Origin: Acidimicrobiales bacterium
GTDB lineage: Bacteria > Actinomycetota > Acidimicrobiia > Acidimicrobiales > DASWIA01
Direction of reading: 5' to 3'
Assembly (NCBI GenBank): GCA_036397895.1
Contig: DASWIA010000056.1
Span: forward strand, 2,468 to 66,467
Length of the DNA stretch: 64,000 nt
Below, one piece after another: positions 18,514 through 27,388 of the stretch. The notes below the pieces were generated by a model, which did no database searches, was not told the DNA's origin, and worked only from the letters and a program-made list of their open reading frames with translations. Numbering within the stretch: the first letter of the stretch is position 1; each line of letters starts with the position of its first letter. Position numbers and translations under genes: made by a program.

Positions 18514-19833
18514 TCAGCCTGATCCCAACGAGCGGTCGACGTGGATCCTGACACCCCCGGCGCCGGTCACGATCTCGCCCGCGAATGCGGTCCCGAAGAG
18601 CGCGGCCCCGCCGCTCAACAAGAGTCGGGCTCCGGGGCTGTAGACGATCCCCAGGAGAACAGCCTGGCTGCGGAGCTCCACGCTGAGCCCCCCATGACGG
18701 GAGTCAGCGAGGAGCTGAAGGTCGCGGGTCCGCCCGGTGTCGACATCGGCGATGCCGCCGGACGACAAGCGGACGACGCTCCCGCCCGGGCAGTGCTCTG
18801 GCCCACCGATCCAGATCGCCACGGGACCCTCAGCTCGGAGCACTCCTCGCACATCGAGCCCGCACAGATGGTACGCCCCCGGCGAGAGCAGCAGCTGTCC
18901 GTCGACGCGGAGCGTTCGCGCCCCGGGATCCCACATCACTCCCTGGCAGGCCGTGGCGACACGACACACGAGGCGGTTGGCGTTGGTCGTCGCCACCGCC
19001 GACGCGTCCAGCTCCTTCAGCACGACCGGTGACGGCAGCGGCGCCGTCGAGCCATCGACCCGAGATGCCCCCGAGATGACAACCTGGCCTCCGTCGGGAC
19101 CGGGTCGGGCGTCGCCATGGACGATGTTGGTGCCGTCGAGCACGATGTCGCCGTTGCTGGCGAGGTGACCATCCCGATCTTCGGTGATCCGTGATCCACT
19201 CGCCGAATCGAAGCTGTCGACGATGGCGTTACCGGAGAAGGTGATACTTCCGAGCCCCACCATCCCGGCGGGAACGAACCCGACGACGAGCGTGTCGACT
19301 GGGGCCGTGGAGAGCTCGACAGACGTCGATGTCTGCACGTGGGCATGGTTCGCGAGGGTGCTGCCCTCAGGAGCTCCGTCATCCACCTCGACGGCGAACC
19401 GGACGGTGAAGCCGTCGCCCGCCTCGAGCGGCGAGTGGCTGCGGACGATCTGATGGGTGATGTCGCCGGCGCCGATGACGGGCACATCGGGCTGCACGCA
19501 GATGTCGCCATCCGGCTCGAACGTCCCCTCGGGACAGCTCTGCGTCGCGGCCGTGGTGTTCACGGGGTAATGGCTGGTGACCACGACCTCATCCATGGTT
19601 GTCTCGCCGATGTTGTCGACCCGCACCGCGTAGTGGATCGTCTCACCGGTCGTAGCGATCGGCCGGTCGACCAGCATCGTGGCGACGACGGCGGGTCCGT
19701 CGTCCTCGGTCTGGCCTGCGGCCGAGGTGGCGCCGCCGGGCAGCGGCACGGCCCACGGCCACAGCGCTGTCGCCGCGGCGACGACGACCGCCGACGACGA
19801 CAGGAGCCATCGCCGGCTCTCGACGTGCCTCAT
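18514..19833 (-). CDS. secreted protein with an N-terminal DUF11-like domain and an uncharacterised Gly-rich C-terminal domain
   Basis: Start set at the second Met (MRHVESRRWLL..., signal-peptide-like), whose ATG overlaps the stop of the upstream small ORF. DUF11-like TGETIHYAVRVDNIGETT. Confidence 0.6.
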   Translation of the reverse strand: MRHVESRRWLLSSSAVVVAAATALWPWAVPLPGGATSAAGQTEDDGPAVVATMLVDRPIATTGETIHYAVRVDNIGETTMDEVVVTSHYPVNTTAATQSCPEGTFEPDGDICVQPDVPVIGAGDITHQIVRSHSPLEAGDGFTVRFAVEVDDGAPEGSTLANHAHVQTSTSVELSTAPVDTLVVGFVPAGMVGLGSITFSGNAIVDSFDSASGSRITEDRDGHLASNGDIVLDGTNIVHGDARPGPDGGQVVISGASRVDGSTAPLPSPVVLKELDASAVATTNANRLVCRVATACQGVMWDPGARTLRVDGQLLLSPGAYHLCGLDVRGVLRAEGPVAIWIGGPEHCPGGSVVRLSSGGIADVDTGRTRDLQLLADSRHGGLSVELRSQAVLLGIVYSPGARLLLSGGAALFGTAFAGEIVTGAGGVRIHVDRSLGSG

Positions 19834-19991
19834 GGCAAGTTGCACTGTTTGTGCCCGATACCGTCGATGCCGACCGTGACGCAACGCGCCTCCGCCGAGG
19901 TCGACGGCGCCAGGATGGCAATGAGGCCGCCCAGCACCAGGGCGGCAATGAGCCGGAGCGGACCCCCATGGGTCCTGGTCATGATCGTCAC
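19830..19991 (-). CDS. small secreted pre-peptide (50 aa from ATG 19982, 53 aa from GTG 19991), not in the ORF track
   Basis: Translation MTRTHGGPLRLIAALVLGGLIAILAPSTSAEA/RCVTVGIDGIGHKQCNLP. Upstream AAAGGGGAG Shine-Dalgarno-like sequence. 41 of 49 codons end in G/C by my count. The TGA overlaps the ATG of the next gene (ATGA). Confidence 0.55.
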   Translation of the reverse strand: MTIMTRTHGGPLRLIAALVLGGLIAILAPSTSAEARCVTVGIDGIGHKQCNLP

Positions 19992-20018
19992 GGTTCTCCC
20001 CTTTGTGTCACACGGTAC

Positions 20019-21944
20019 TCACGGTGACGACATCTGGCGGTGGCGAGGCCGATCTGGTGCCCGTCTGCCCTTCCGCTTGGTGGCGATGGTGGGAAGGGTC
20101 ACGGTGAAGCGGGACCCCTCACCGACCCTGCTCTGGTACCGGATCGAGCCGCCGTGCTGCTCGACGAGCCGCTTGACGACTGCGAGCCCGATTCCCGTCC
20201 CGGCGGGCTGGTCGACTCCCTCCACCCTCTGCGTGCGGTAGAAGGGCTGGAAGATGTCGTCGCCCACCTCGGGGGCGATCCCCAACCCGGTGTCTTCCAC
20301 GTGGATCTGGACAAGCGATGTTGTGGCGGGAGCTCGGCTCGCCTCGACTCGGAGGCGCCCGCCCGGCGGCGTGTACTTCACGGCATTCGACACCAGGTTC
20401 AGCAAGATCTGGCCCAGTCGAACGCGGTCCGCTCGGATCGCTGGGAGCCCAGGCGCGACATCGACCTCGGCCTCGAGATCTCCTCGCCGGGCGAGGGCCG
20501 AAATCGTGGGTTCCATGTCCCGCAGCACGTCGCCAAGGCCCACCGCCTCGAGCTGGAGCTGTGTCTCGCTGGCCCGGCGCTTGGCCAGCTCCAAGATGTG
20601 ATCGACCTGGCGGTTGAGCGCGCTGGCCGCATCGCTGATCGCCAGCCCGTAGGTCTTTGCCCAACCCGTTGACCGCGGCGCGAGGTCGGGGTTCGTCATG
20701 AAGTCGGCGTAGGTCGAGACGACGAGGACATGGTTGCGCAGCTCGTGGACGATCTCGGCGAACTCGCGAGAACGCGTGTGATCGACGAGCTGGAGATCTT
20801 CGGCGAGTCGGGCGAGCTCCTCGGTCCGGGTCTGGACCTGGAGGTCGATCTCCTTCTGGCTGGCCGCGAGCTGCTCCACCATCTGGTTGAACCCACGAGC
20901 CAGCTCCGCGAGCTCGTCATCGCCGTACACCGGAACCCGGGCATCGAGGTCGCCCCGACCGAGCGCCTGGTTGGTGGCGACGAAGGGGCGGACCTGGCGC
21001 AGGATGCCCCTCGCGATCAACGCTCCCAGCGCGACGATCCCCGTCGTCGCAGCCAACAGCAGAAGGATCAGCCTGGTCCGTGCACCCCGGACTCCGGCGA
21101 AGGCCGGATCGGTCGGGAGGCTGACCGCGAGGCTCGCAATCCTCTCTCCGTCCAGGTCGACGGAGGCGTACAGCGTTGACTTCGACGTCCCGTCGTCGGC
21201 AGACCGCAGACGGACCGGAGTGTCGAAGCTCGCCACCGGAACATCGGCAGCACCTGCGGCCGCGGTGTTGAGGACACTGCCGTCGGCGGCGAAGAAGGCC
21301 ACGGCCGCGCCGGCTCGCTCGGTCGCGCCAGCGGCGAGCGTGTCCACGCTGATCCCGACGAGTGAAGCTCCGACGACGCCGCCCTGCAGGGTGACCGGGA
21401 CGGCGACAGCCAGTACCGATCGAGCGGCGTCTTCGATGAAGGCGCTCGACACGCCGGCCGGCGCATCGACCACTCGGGTTCCGTCATCGTCGTCGAGGGC
21501 TCGGGACCAGTCGCCGCCACTGTCCACGGCGAGACCCTCGTCGTCACGTCGCACCTCGACCAGCCCTTCCCCGCCAACATCAGTCACCACGAGGAGCTCG
21601 ATGTCGCTCCGAGCGGCGGCCGCCGACGCGAGCAGGCGGCGCGCGGCTCCGTCATCTCCCTCGACGATCGCCTCCGACATCCCGCTCAGGTTGGCGACGA
21701 GCCTGGCGCCATCGACGAGCGACAAACGGATGTCGCGAACATGCGCCTCGGCGATCACCGCCCGCCGGAGAAGATCCTGGTCGAGCTCGGCCTCGGCCTC
21801 ATCCGCCAACTGCCGAACCACGAGGAACGTGGCAGCCACCGCCAGCGCGACAGTCATGGCGACGAGCGGGATCAGCAGCTTCCAGAGGAGCCCGAGACGT
21901 CCGAACCCTCGTCGGACGACATGGAGAACAGCCGCCGGTCTCAC
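20019..21944 (-). CDS. membrane sensor histidine kinase (large extracytoplasmic domain, HAMP, HisKA, HATPase_c)
   Basis: Two TM segments flank about 290 residues. HAMP region is present. H-box FAEIVHELRNH, N-box LLNLVSNAVKYT, G1 VEDTGLGI, G2 GTGIGLAVV. GTG start at 21944 overlaps the upstream stop (GTGA). Confidence 0.8.
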   Translation of the reverse strand: MRPAAVLHVVRRGFGRLGLLWKLLIPLVAMTVALAVAATFLVVRQLADEAEAELDQDLLRRAVIAEAHVRDIRLSLVDGARLVANLSGMSEAIVEGDDGAARRLLASAAAARSDIELLVVTDVGGEGLVEVRRDDEGLAVDSGGDWSRALDDDDGTRVVDAPAGVSSAFIEDAARSVLAVAVPVTLQGGVVGASLVGISVDTLAAGATERAGAAVAFFAADGSVLNTAAAGAADVPVASFDTPVRLRSADDGTSKSTLYASVDLDGERIASLAVSLPTDPAFAGVRGARTRLILLLLAATTGIVALGALIARGILRQVRPFVATNQALGRGDLDARVPVYGDDELAELARGFNQMVEQLAASQKEIDLQVQTRTEELARLAEDLQLVDHTRSREFAEIVHELRNHVLVVSTYADFMTNPDLAPRSTGWAKTYGLAISDAASALNRQVDHILELAKRRASETQLQLEAVGLGDVLRDMEPTISALARRGDLEAEVDVAPGLPAIRADRVRLGQILLNLVSNAVKYTPPGGRLRVEASRAPATTSLVQIHVEDTGLGIAPEVGDDIFQPFYRTQRVEGVDQPAGTGIGLAVVKRLVEQHGGSIRYQSRVGEGSRFTVTLPTIATKRKGRRAPDRPRHRQMSSP

Positions 21945-22792
21945 TGGACCACGACCACCGTGATCGCCGGCGTGGTCTTCGACCCATCGCGATCGCCCAC
22001 GACGTCCATGTGCGCGTGGTTGGAGATGACGGTGCCGTTCGGCGTGGCTGGATTCACTCGCACCATGAACTCGAAGGCCATCGACGCCCCCTCGACGATG
22101 AGGCCACCGAAGGAGAACCGGACGGTGTGTACCGACTCGCTCGGAGTTCCCGGGACCGGCGCCGCCGGCGCGACGCAGGGATCCTGGGGGTCGGGGTCCA
22201 CTCCTTGGGGTCCGCATTGGCTGGTGGCATCAACGGTCCAGAACGGGTGGTGAGACTCGATCGAGAGCTCGCCTTGGAACGGGTTCGTTCCCACGTTCGT
22301 CACCGTGATCGTGTAGGTGATGAGCCCGCCCGGTTCGACCTCGCCACGATCGGCCCCCATGACCACGTCCAGCTTCGAGAAACGTGGGATCGGCACGCGG
22401 AACCCCCCGTTACCATCGGGGGGAGGCGCAGGTTCGTTCGTCGGTCCCTCACCGTTGGTGTCGGTACCGTTGGTCCCGGTCCCGTCTCCGTTGACGCCGC
22501 CATTGGGAACGGTGACGCTCCCGTTGGGCGCCGCTCCCGCTTGGCGGTCGCCGAACAGCTCAAGGTCTGAGCCGAGTACGTCGCGCAGGAACTCATCGCT
22601 CAGCGGGGGAACAGAGATCACGCCGGCGAGCGGAACCGCCGTGACCAGATCGCGAAATCCAGGAAGCCCGCCGAGCGTTCGCAATGACGGGGTATGCGAC
22701 GCAACGATCGCAGTAGCCGCCAGTGCAGAGCCGAGCAGCACCACGCTGGCACCGATCGCCACCATGCTCTTCCCAGATCGACGTAGTAACAC
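21941..22792 (-). CDS. secreted DUF11-like domain protein
   Basis: Signal or anchor MVAIGASVVLLGSALAATAIVA, a Gly/Asn/Thr-rich linker, and DUF11-like EPGGLITYTITVTNVGTNPF...NHAHMD. An alternative ATG start is at 22765. Confidence 0.6.
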   Translation of the reverse strand: MLLRRSGKSMVAIGASVVLLGSALAATAIVASHTPSLRTLGGLPGFRDLVTAVPLAGVISVPPLSDEFLRDVLGSDLELFGDRQAGAAPNGSVTVPNGGVNGDGTGTNGTDTNGEGPTNEPAPPPDGNGGFRVPIPRFSKLDVVMGADRGEVEPGGLITYTITVTNVGTNPFQGELSIESHHPFWTVDATSQCGPQGVDPDPQDPCVAPAAPVPGTPSESVHTVRFSFGGLIVEGASMAFEFMVRVNPATPNGTVISNHAHMDVVGDRDGSKTTPAITVVVVQ

Positions 22793-22879
22793 TCGTTCTG
22801 GCCTCGATTCACCGCATAGGTCGCGCCCTGTCTGAATCGTCCGCTTCCCACCATCGGCTCGTCTTCGATGGGACTTGAG

Positions 22880-22957
22880 GACGAATTCGTCGTGTCGGAA
22901 CGGGCGCGTGAGACCGGTGGAGATGCTTCATCGAATGCCGGCTGCGAATGCCGGTTG
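22880..22957. promoter_or_regulatory. candidate operator elements upstream of the DUF11/kinase operon
   Basis: Perfect 12-nt palindrome GACGAATTCGTC at 22880..22891. Tandem 13-mers CGAATGCCGGCTG and CGAATGCCGGTTG at 22932..22957. Confidence 0.3.
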
Positions 22958-23076
22958 AGGCGGTCGTCGCCGGCCCGATGCCGACTCCCGGTCAGCTCGT
23001 GGCGGCGTCGCACCCGCGTACGCCTCGACGGGAGGCTCGGCCGTTCGGGGCCGCCGGCATGTACCGGAGCGGGGTG

Positions 23077-23742
23077 CTACAGGGTGGCGGTGATGAGGTC
23101 GCCGCTGAGGTCGATCTGGCGGTCGAGCTTGCGCTTGATGCGCTGGAGCGCGTTGTCGATCGACTTCACGTGCCGGCCGAGCTGGTCACCGATCTCCTGG
23201 TAGCTCTTGCCCTCGACGTAGAGCCGGAGGACGTCGACCTCAAGTCCCGACAGGCACTGGCGCACCGAGTTGCGCAGCGACGTGAGGCGCTCGGTGGAGA
23301 CGAGGTCGTCGCACGGGTCGCCCTCGTTGGGATCGACCAGGATGTCCTCGAGACCGCGGTCGGGCTGATCGATCTGCGAGGTGCCGTGCTTGGAGTGATA
23401 CGAGAGGTACTGGTTGAGCGGCTGGTGCTTCTGGCGCGTGGCCGTCTTGATCGCGGTGATGATCTGGCGGGTGATGCACAGCTCGGCGAACGCTCGAAAC
23501 GAGGCCTCCCGGTCGGGGCGGTAATCACGGACGGCCTTGAACAGCCCGATCAGCGCTTCCTGCTCGACATCGTCATGGTCGGCGCCAACGAGAAAGTACC
23601 CACGGCCCTTGGCCCGAGCGAAGCGCCGATAGCGGCTGATCAGCACCTCGAGGGCTCGCTCATCTCCCTCGTTCTGGTAGGTGGCGGCGAGTGTCTGGTC
23701 GTCGATTGAAACGAGGGAGAGAGCGCTGGCGGAGAGCGGCAT
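23077..23742 (-). CDS. Bacillus SigH (Spo0H)-family sigma-70 factor
   Basis: Contains FAELCITRQIITAIKTATRQKH and SYQEI...GRHVKSIDNALQRIKRKL. From memory these match the B. subtilis SigH signature almost residue for residue. Start set at ATG 23742 (221 aa). Confidence 0.8.
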   Translation of the reverse strand: MPLSASALSLVSIDDQTLAATYQNEGDERALEVLISRYRRFARAKGRGYFLVGADHDDVEQEALIGLFKAVRDYRPDREASFRAFAELCITRQIITAIKTATRQKHQPLNQYLSYHSKHGTSQIDQPDRGLEDILVDPNEGDPCDDLVSTERLTSLRNSVRQCLSGLEVDVLRLYVEGKSYQEIGDQLGRHVKSIDNALQRIKRKLDRQIDLSGDLITATL

Positions 23743-24039
23743 CTGTGGGAGTGCTCCTGGTGCGGTGAGGTGGCGGTGGCGTGATGCGTAGTCCGAGAAC
23801 AGCGGAAGGCCGCCTTCACTCACTCTAAGCGGTTGGCCCCCACGTCCCCTAGTAGGCGCTAGGTAACTAGTCCATGACCCATGTGTCAATGGTCACGGGC
23901 AGGAAATCTCGGGTTCGGTGTCGAACCTCCACGTCCCCCTCCAAAAACCATCTCTGACCTGCAGATATGATCCCTCCGCTTCGTGACCCGAACCACCCGG
24001 AGCGTGGTGGGGCGGGAGGGAGGACGCCAGATTCCCATC

Positions 24040-25074
24040 TCATCGACGGCGGGCCACCTCGAAGCAGGCAAGGGCACCAGCCACACTGACGTTGAGCGAC
24101 GGGAGCACCCCCCGCATCGGGATCGAGACCACGTCATCGCACCGTTCACGTACCAGGCGACCCAGCCCCGTGCCCTCCGACCCGAGGACCATTGCGACGG
24201 GACCGTTCGGCAGCTCGCAGTCCCACAGGGTGGTCGTCCCTCGCTCGTCGACACCGATGACGTGGAGACCGGCTCGACTCATCTCACCGATGGCGGCGGG
24301 CAGGCCGCCGACCACGGCGATGGGGAGGTGCTCGGCGGCACCGGCGGCCGCCTTCATGGCCGCCGCGGTGAACCGCACGGCGCGATGGCGTGGCAGCACC
24401 AGGCCCGTCACGCCCGCTCCGTCCGCGGTGCGGGTGAGGGCTCCCAGGTTGTGGGGGTCGGTGATTCCATCGAGAGCAAGGAGGAAGGGCGGCCGACCCT
24501 GAGGATCGGGCGCGCTGACCAGGTCGGCGAGATCGGTGAGCTCGAGGGGCGTCGCCTTGGCCATGACGCCTTGGGGAACGTCGGTGTGGGCCTCGACGTC
24601 GAACCGGTGCCGGGGGATCCGATGAACAGGGACACCGGCGTCGCGAGCCAGATCGAGGATCTCGGCCAGCAGCACGTTGTGACCGGCGTCGTCGGCTACG
24701 AGCAGATCCTTCACCCGGCGTCCCGAGATCAGCAGCTCTCGAACCGCGTGGAGGCCCTCTACCCGTTCACCGCCGGGGCCACGCTGCTTGCGGGTCGAGC
24801 CACCGTCTCGAGGCGTCGATCCGCGCATTCCCTGGCCACGCGATCGGCTCGATCCACGCGGCCTGGCCGCCGACCCCCGACCGCGCCCACCTGATCCCTT
24901 GGCGCCACCCGACCCGCCGCCACGGCGCGCCTTCGGTGATCGCCCGCCGCCTCCGGACCCCCCGCCGGACGCGCCAGAGCCCCCGGGCCGGTCGGCTGGA
25001 CGCTTGCCCGAACCCTTGCCCGGGCGCTTACCTGAACCCCCGCCTGGGCGGCGGCGACCCGGCGAGCTGGTCAC
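24040..25074 (-). CDS. rlmB: 23S rRNA (guanosine-2'-O)-methyltransferase RlmB (SpoU/TrmH family) with an Arg/Gly/Ser-rich N-terminal extension
   Basis: SpoU motifs LVLGSEGTGL and IPMRGVLPSLNVSVA. About 95 low-complexity residues at the N-terminus. Confidence 0.8.
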   Translation of the reverse strand: MTSSPGRRRPGGGSGKRPGKGSGKRPADRPGGSGASGGGSGGGGRSPKARRGGGSGGAKGSGGRGRGSAARPRGSSRSRGQGMRGSTPRDGGSTRKQRGPGGERVEGLHAVRELLISGRRVKDLLVADDAGHNVLLAEILDLARDAGVPVHRIPRHRFDVEAHTDVPQGVMAKATPLELTDLADLVSAPDPQGRPPFLLALDGITDPHNLGALTRTADGAGVTGLVLPRHRAVRFTAAAMKAAAGAAEHLPIAVVGGLPAAIGEMSRAGLHVIGVDERGTTTLWDCELPNGPVAMVLGSEGTGLGRLVRERCDDVVSIPMRGVLPSLNVSVAGALACFEVARRR

Positions 25075-26282
25075 GGCGCCAACCGGGGGTGGAGCGTGAC
25101 CACGGCCCAGCAGGCGACCGTGCCGCTGGCATCGACACCGGCGAGTCCTTCCGGGGTCTTGCCGGTGATGCTGATCTCACACCCGAGCACCTTGGCGAGA
25201 CGGGATGACATCTCCCTACGGCGAGGGGCCAAACGAGGTTGACGGCACACCACGGTGGCCACGGCGTGGGTGGGGACCCATCCCGCCGACGCGGCCGCGG
25301 CGACACAGTCCACCAGCAGCTCGACGCTGTCGGCGCCCTCCCAGCGAGGATCGGAGTCAGAGTAGCGAGAACCCAAGTCGTCGAGGCCCGCCCCCGACAA
25401 GATGGCATCGGCCAAGGCATGGCAGACGGCGTCGGCGTCGCTGTGCCCGGCCAGCCCACGCTCACCCTCGAAGCGAACTCCTCCCAGCAGGAGCGGCCGC
25501 GTCGGATCGGCGCTCAGCGCGTGGCTGTCGAATCCGTGGCCAACACGGATTGAGCTGGGCCGAGAGCCGATCATCGCCGCGAGCACGGCGAGATCCTCCC
25601 GCGTCGTGACCTTGCGGTTCACCTCGTCACCGGCGACGACGACCACGCGCCCGCCCGCGGCCTCGACCAGCCGGGCGTCATCGGTGGCGTCGCCGCCGAT
25701 CCCATGGGCTCGGCGGAGCAGCTCGGCGCGGAAGACCTGCGGTGTCTGCACGGCCACCAGCGCGCCCCGGTCGACGGTTGCGGTGATGGCGCCGTCGTCG
25801 GCGATCCGCTTCAGGGTGTCGGTGACCGCAAGTGCGGGAACGGCGCCGTCAACTCCCGGATCGTCAAGTGCGTGGCGGCAACGACCCCACAGCTCGGGCG
25901 AGGCCATGGGTCGAGCACCGTCGTGAACGGCGATCAGCCCGGCCGTCGGAGGAACGGCGGCGAGACCGGAGCGAACGCTCCCGGCGCGGGTCGAGCCCCC
26001 GGCCACGACGACATCAGCACCGAGCGGCGGTTCGGCCGTCAGCGGGGCGACGCGGTCGGGCGACACCACCACCACGACGCCAGCCGAGGCGTGGGCCGCG
26101 GCCGCGATGGAGTGGTCGAGCACCGTCGTCCCCCCCAGCAACGCCGCCTGCTTGTCATCACCGAAGCGTTCGCTGCGGCCGGCGGCCACCACGATGGTCC
26201 ACATCTCCTCGAGGCGACGCGGCGACATCAGCCGCTCGAGAGCCGAGCCGTCGGAGCCGACCGGCCCCGACGTCGACGTCAC
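25071..26282 (-). CDS. ispDF: bifunctional 2-C-methyl-D-erythritol 4-phosphate cytidylyltransferase / MEcPP synthase
   Basis: 403 aa. IspD-like N-terminal half (VVAAGRSERFG) and IspF-like C-terminal half (GHGFDSH..., GHSDADV). Confidence 0.85.
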   Translation of the reverse strand: MTSTSGPVGSDGSALERLMSPRRLEEMWTIVVAAGRSERFGDDKQAALLGGTTVLDHSIAAAAHASAGVVVVVSPDRVAPLTAEPPLGADVVVAGGSTRAGSVRSGLAAVPPTAGLIAVHDGARPMASPELWGRCRHALDDPGVDGAVPALAVTDTLKRIADDGAITATVDRGALVAVQTPQVFRAELLRRAHGIGGDATDDARLVEAAGGRVVVVAGDEVNRKVTTREDLAVLAAMIGSRPSSIRVGHGFDSHALSADPTRPLLLGGVRFEGERGLAGHSDADAVCHALADAILSGAGLDDLGSRYSDSDPRWEGADSVELLVDCVAAAASAGWVPTHAVATVVCRQPRLAPRRREMSSRLAKVLGCEISITGKTPEGLAGVDASGTVACWAVVTLHPRLAP

Positions 26283-27304
26283 GTGCCGGAACGGGAGGCG
26301 AAGAACATGCGGCCGACCGACGTCTCGACCTCAGAGGTGAGGGTGACGTCGATCTCGTGGCCGATCTGGGCCGCGGCGTCAACGACCACGACCATGGAAC
26401 CGTCGTCGAGGTATCCCACGCCCTGCCCTGCTTCCTTCCCCTCCCGGCTGATCGGCAACCGGATGGTCGTGCCGGGAAGGTAGTCGCCCTTCAGAGAATC
26501 GGACAGGCGGGAGGGGTCGAGGCAGGACACACCGGCCACCGCCGCCCGCGACGCCAGCCCTCGATCGCAGGTGATCAACGGGAGGCCGTGACGGCGGGCC
26601 ACCTCGATCAACTTGGCGTCGACGGCGGCGACGCGCACCGGATCGTCGTCGATCACCTGCACGGATACTCGACCGCCGGAGCGGAGCGCCTCGAGCAGCT
26701 CGAGACCTCGATGACCGCGACGACGCAGGGTGCTGTCCTGGGCGTCGGCGAGCCCTTGGAGCTCGTCGAGAACGAACCGGGTGACGGCGATGGTCCCGAC
26801 CAGAAAGCCCTGGTCGACGAGCACCCCGACCCGGCCGTCGATGGCGGCGCTGGTGTCGATCAGGTGGCTGCCGCCGGGCAACGTGCCGTCGGGGACGAGC
26901 GGCCGGACCTGCAGCCCGGCGAGCTCGATCAGCTCAGTGCTCTTGCGGGCGAACACCCGGAACCCGGCATCGGCGCCGAGCACGGCGAGCAGGCCCACCA
27001 GCGGCCATCCGACCTGGGGGGGAACGGCGAGGACGACGGGGAGGCCGGCAAGTCCTCCGAGCAGCGCACCGAGACCGCCTCCCAAGCCGCCGATGAGAAC
27101 CTCGGTCGCGGGGGCGTCGACGACGTGCGCCTCGAGGCTTCCCATGGCCCGACCGAGCTGACGGCCCAGCACTCCGCCGGCGACGTAGCCGACGGCGGCG
27201 CCGAGAAGGGCGCCGAGGACCGGATGGTCCTGTCGGGTGCCGATCTCGTAGCCACCGCTGGTGAGGAGCAGGACCACGAGGAGTCGTATGGATTCAACGA
27301 ACAC
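26279..27304 (-). CDS. PIN/TRAM domain membrane protein (YacL-like)
   Basis: N-terminal TM helices, a PIN-like core and a C-terminal TRAM-like segment. 4-nt overlap with ispDF. Confidence 0.7.
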   Translation of the reverse strand: MFVESIRLLVVLLLTSGGYEIGTRQDHPVLGALLGAAVGYVAGGVLGRQLGRAMGSLEAHVVDAPATEVLIGGLGGGLGALLGGLAGLPVVLAVPPQVGWPLVGLLAVLGADAGFRVFARKSTELIELAGLQVRPLVPDGTLPGGSHLIDTSAAIDGRVGVLVDQGFLVGTIAVTRFVLDELQGLADAQDSTLRRRGHRGLELLEALRSGGRVSVQVIDDDPVRVAAVDAKLIEVARRHGLPLITCDRGLASRAAVAGVSCLDPSRLSDSLKGDYLPGTTIRLPISREGKEAGQGVGYLDDGSMVVVVDAAAQIGHEIDVTLTSEVETSVGRMFFASRSGT

Positions 27305-27388
27305 GGCTGACTACCTGGTTGACATCGTTTCCACACCCAACATCGGCAGGTCTTCTCCGGAGGTGGAGCGGAACTTACCCAAACGGGA

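Noticed and set aside
23861-23889. Sigma-A-type promoter for the Spo0H-like sigma gene (TTGACA hexamer)
   Set aside because: The -35 hexamer is perfect, but I could not find a convincing TANNNT -10 element at 16-19 nt spacing, so it is not called as a feature.
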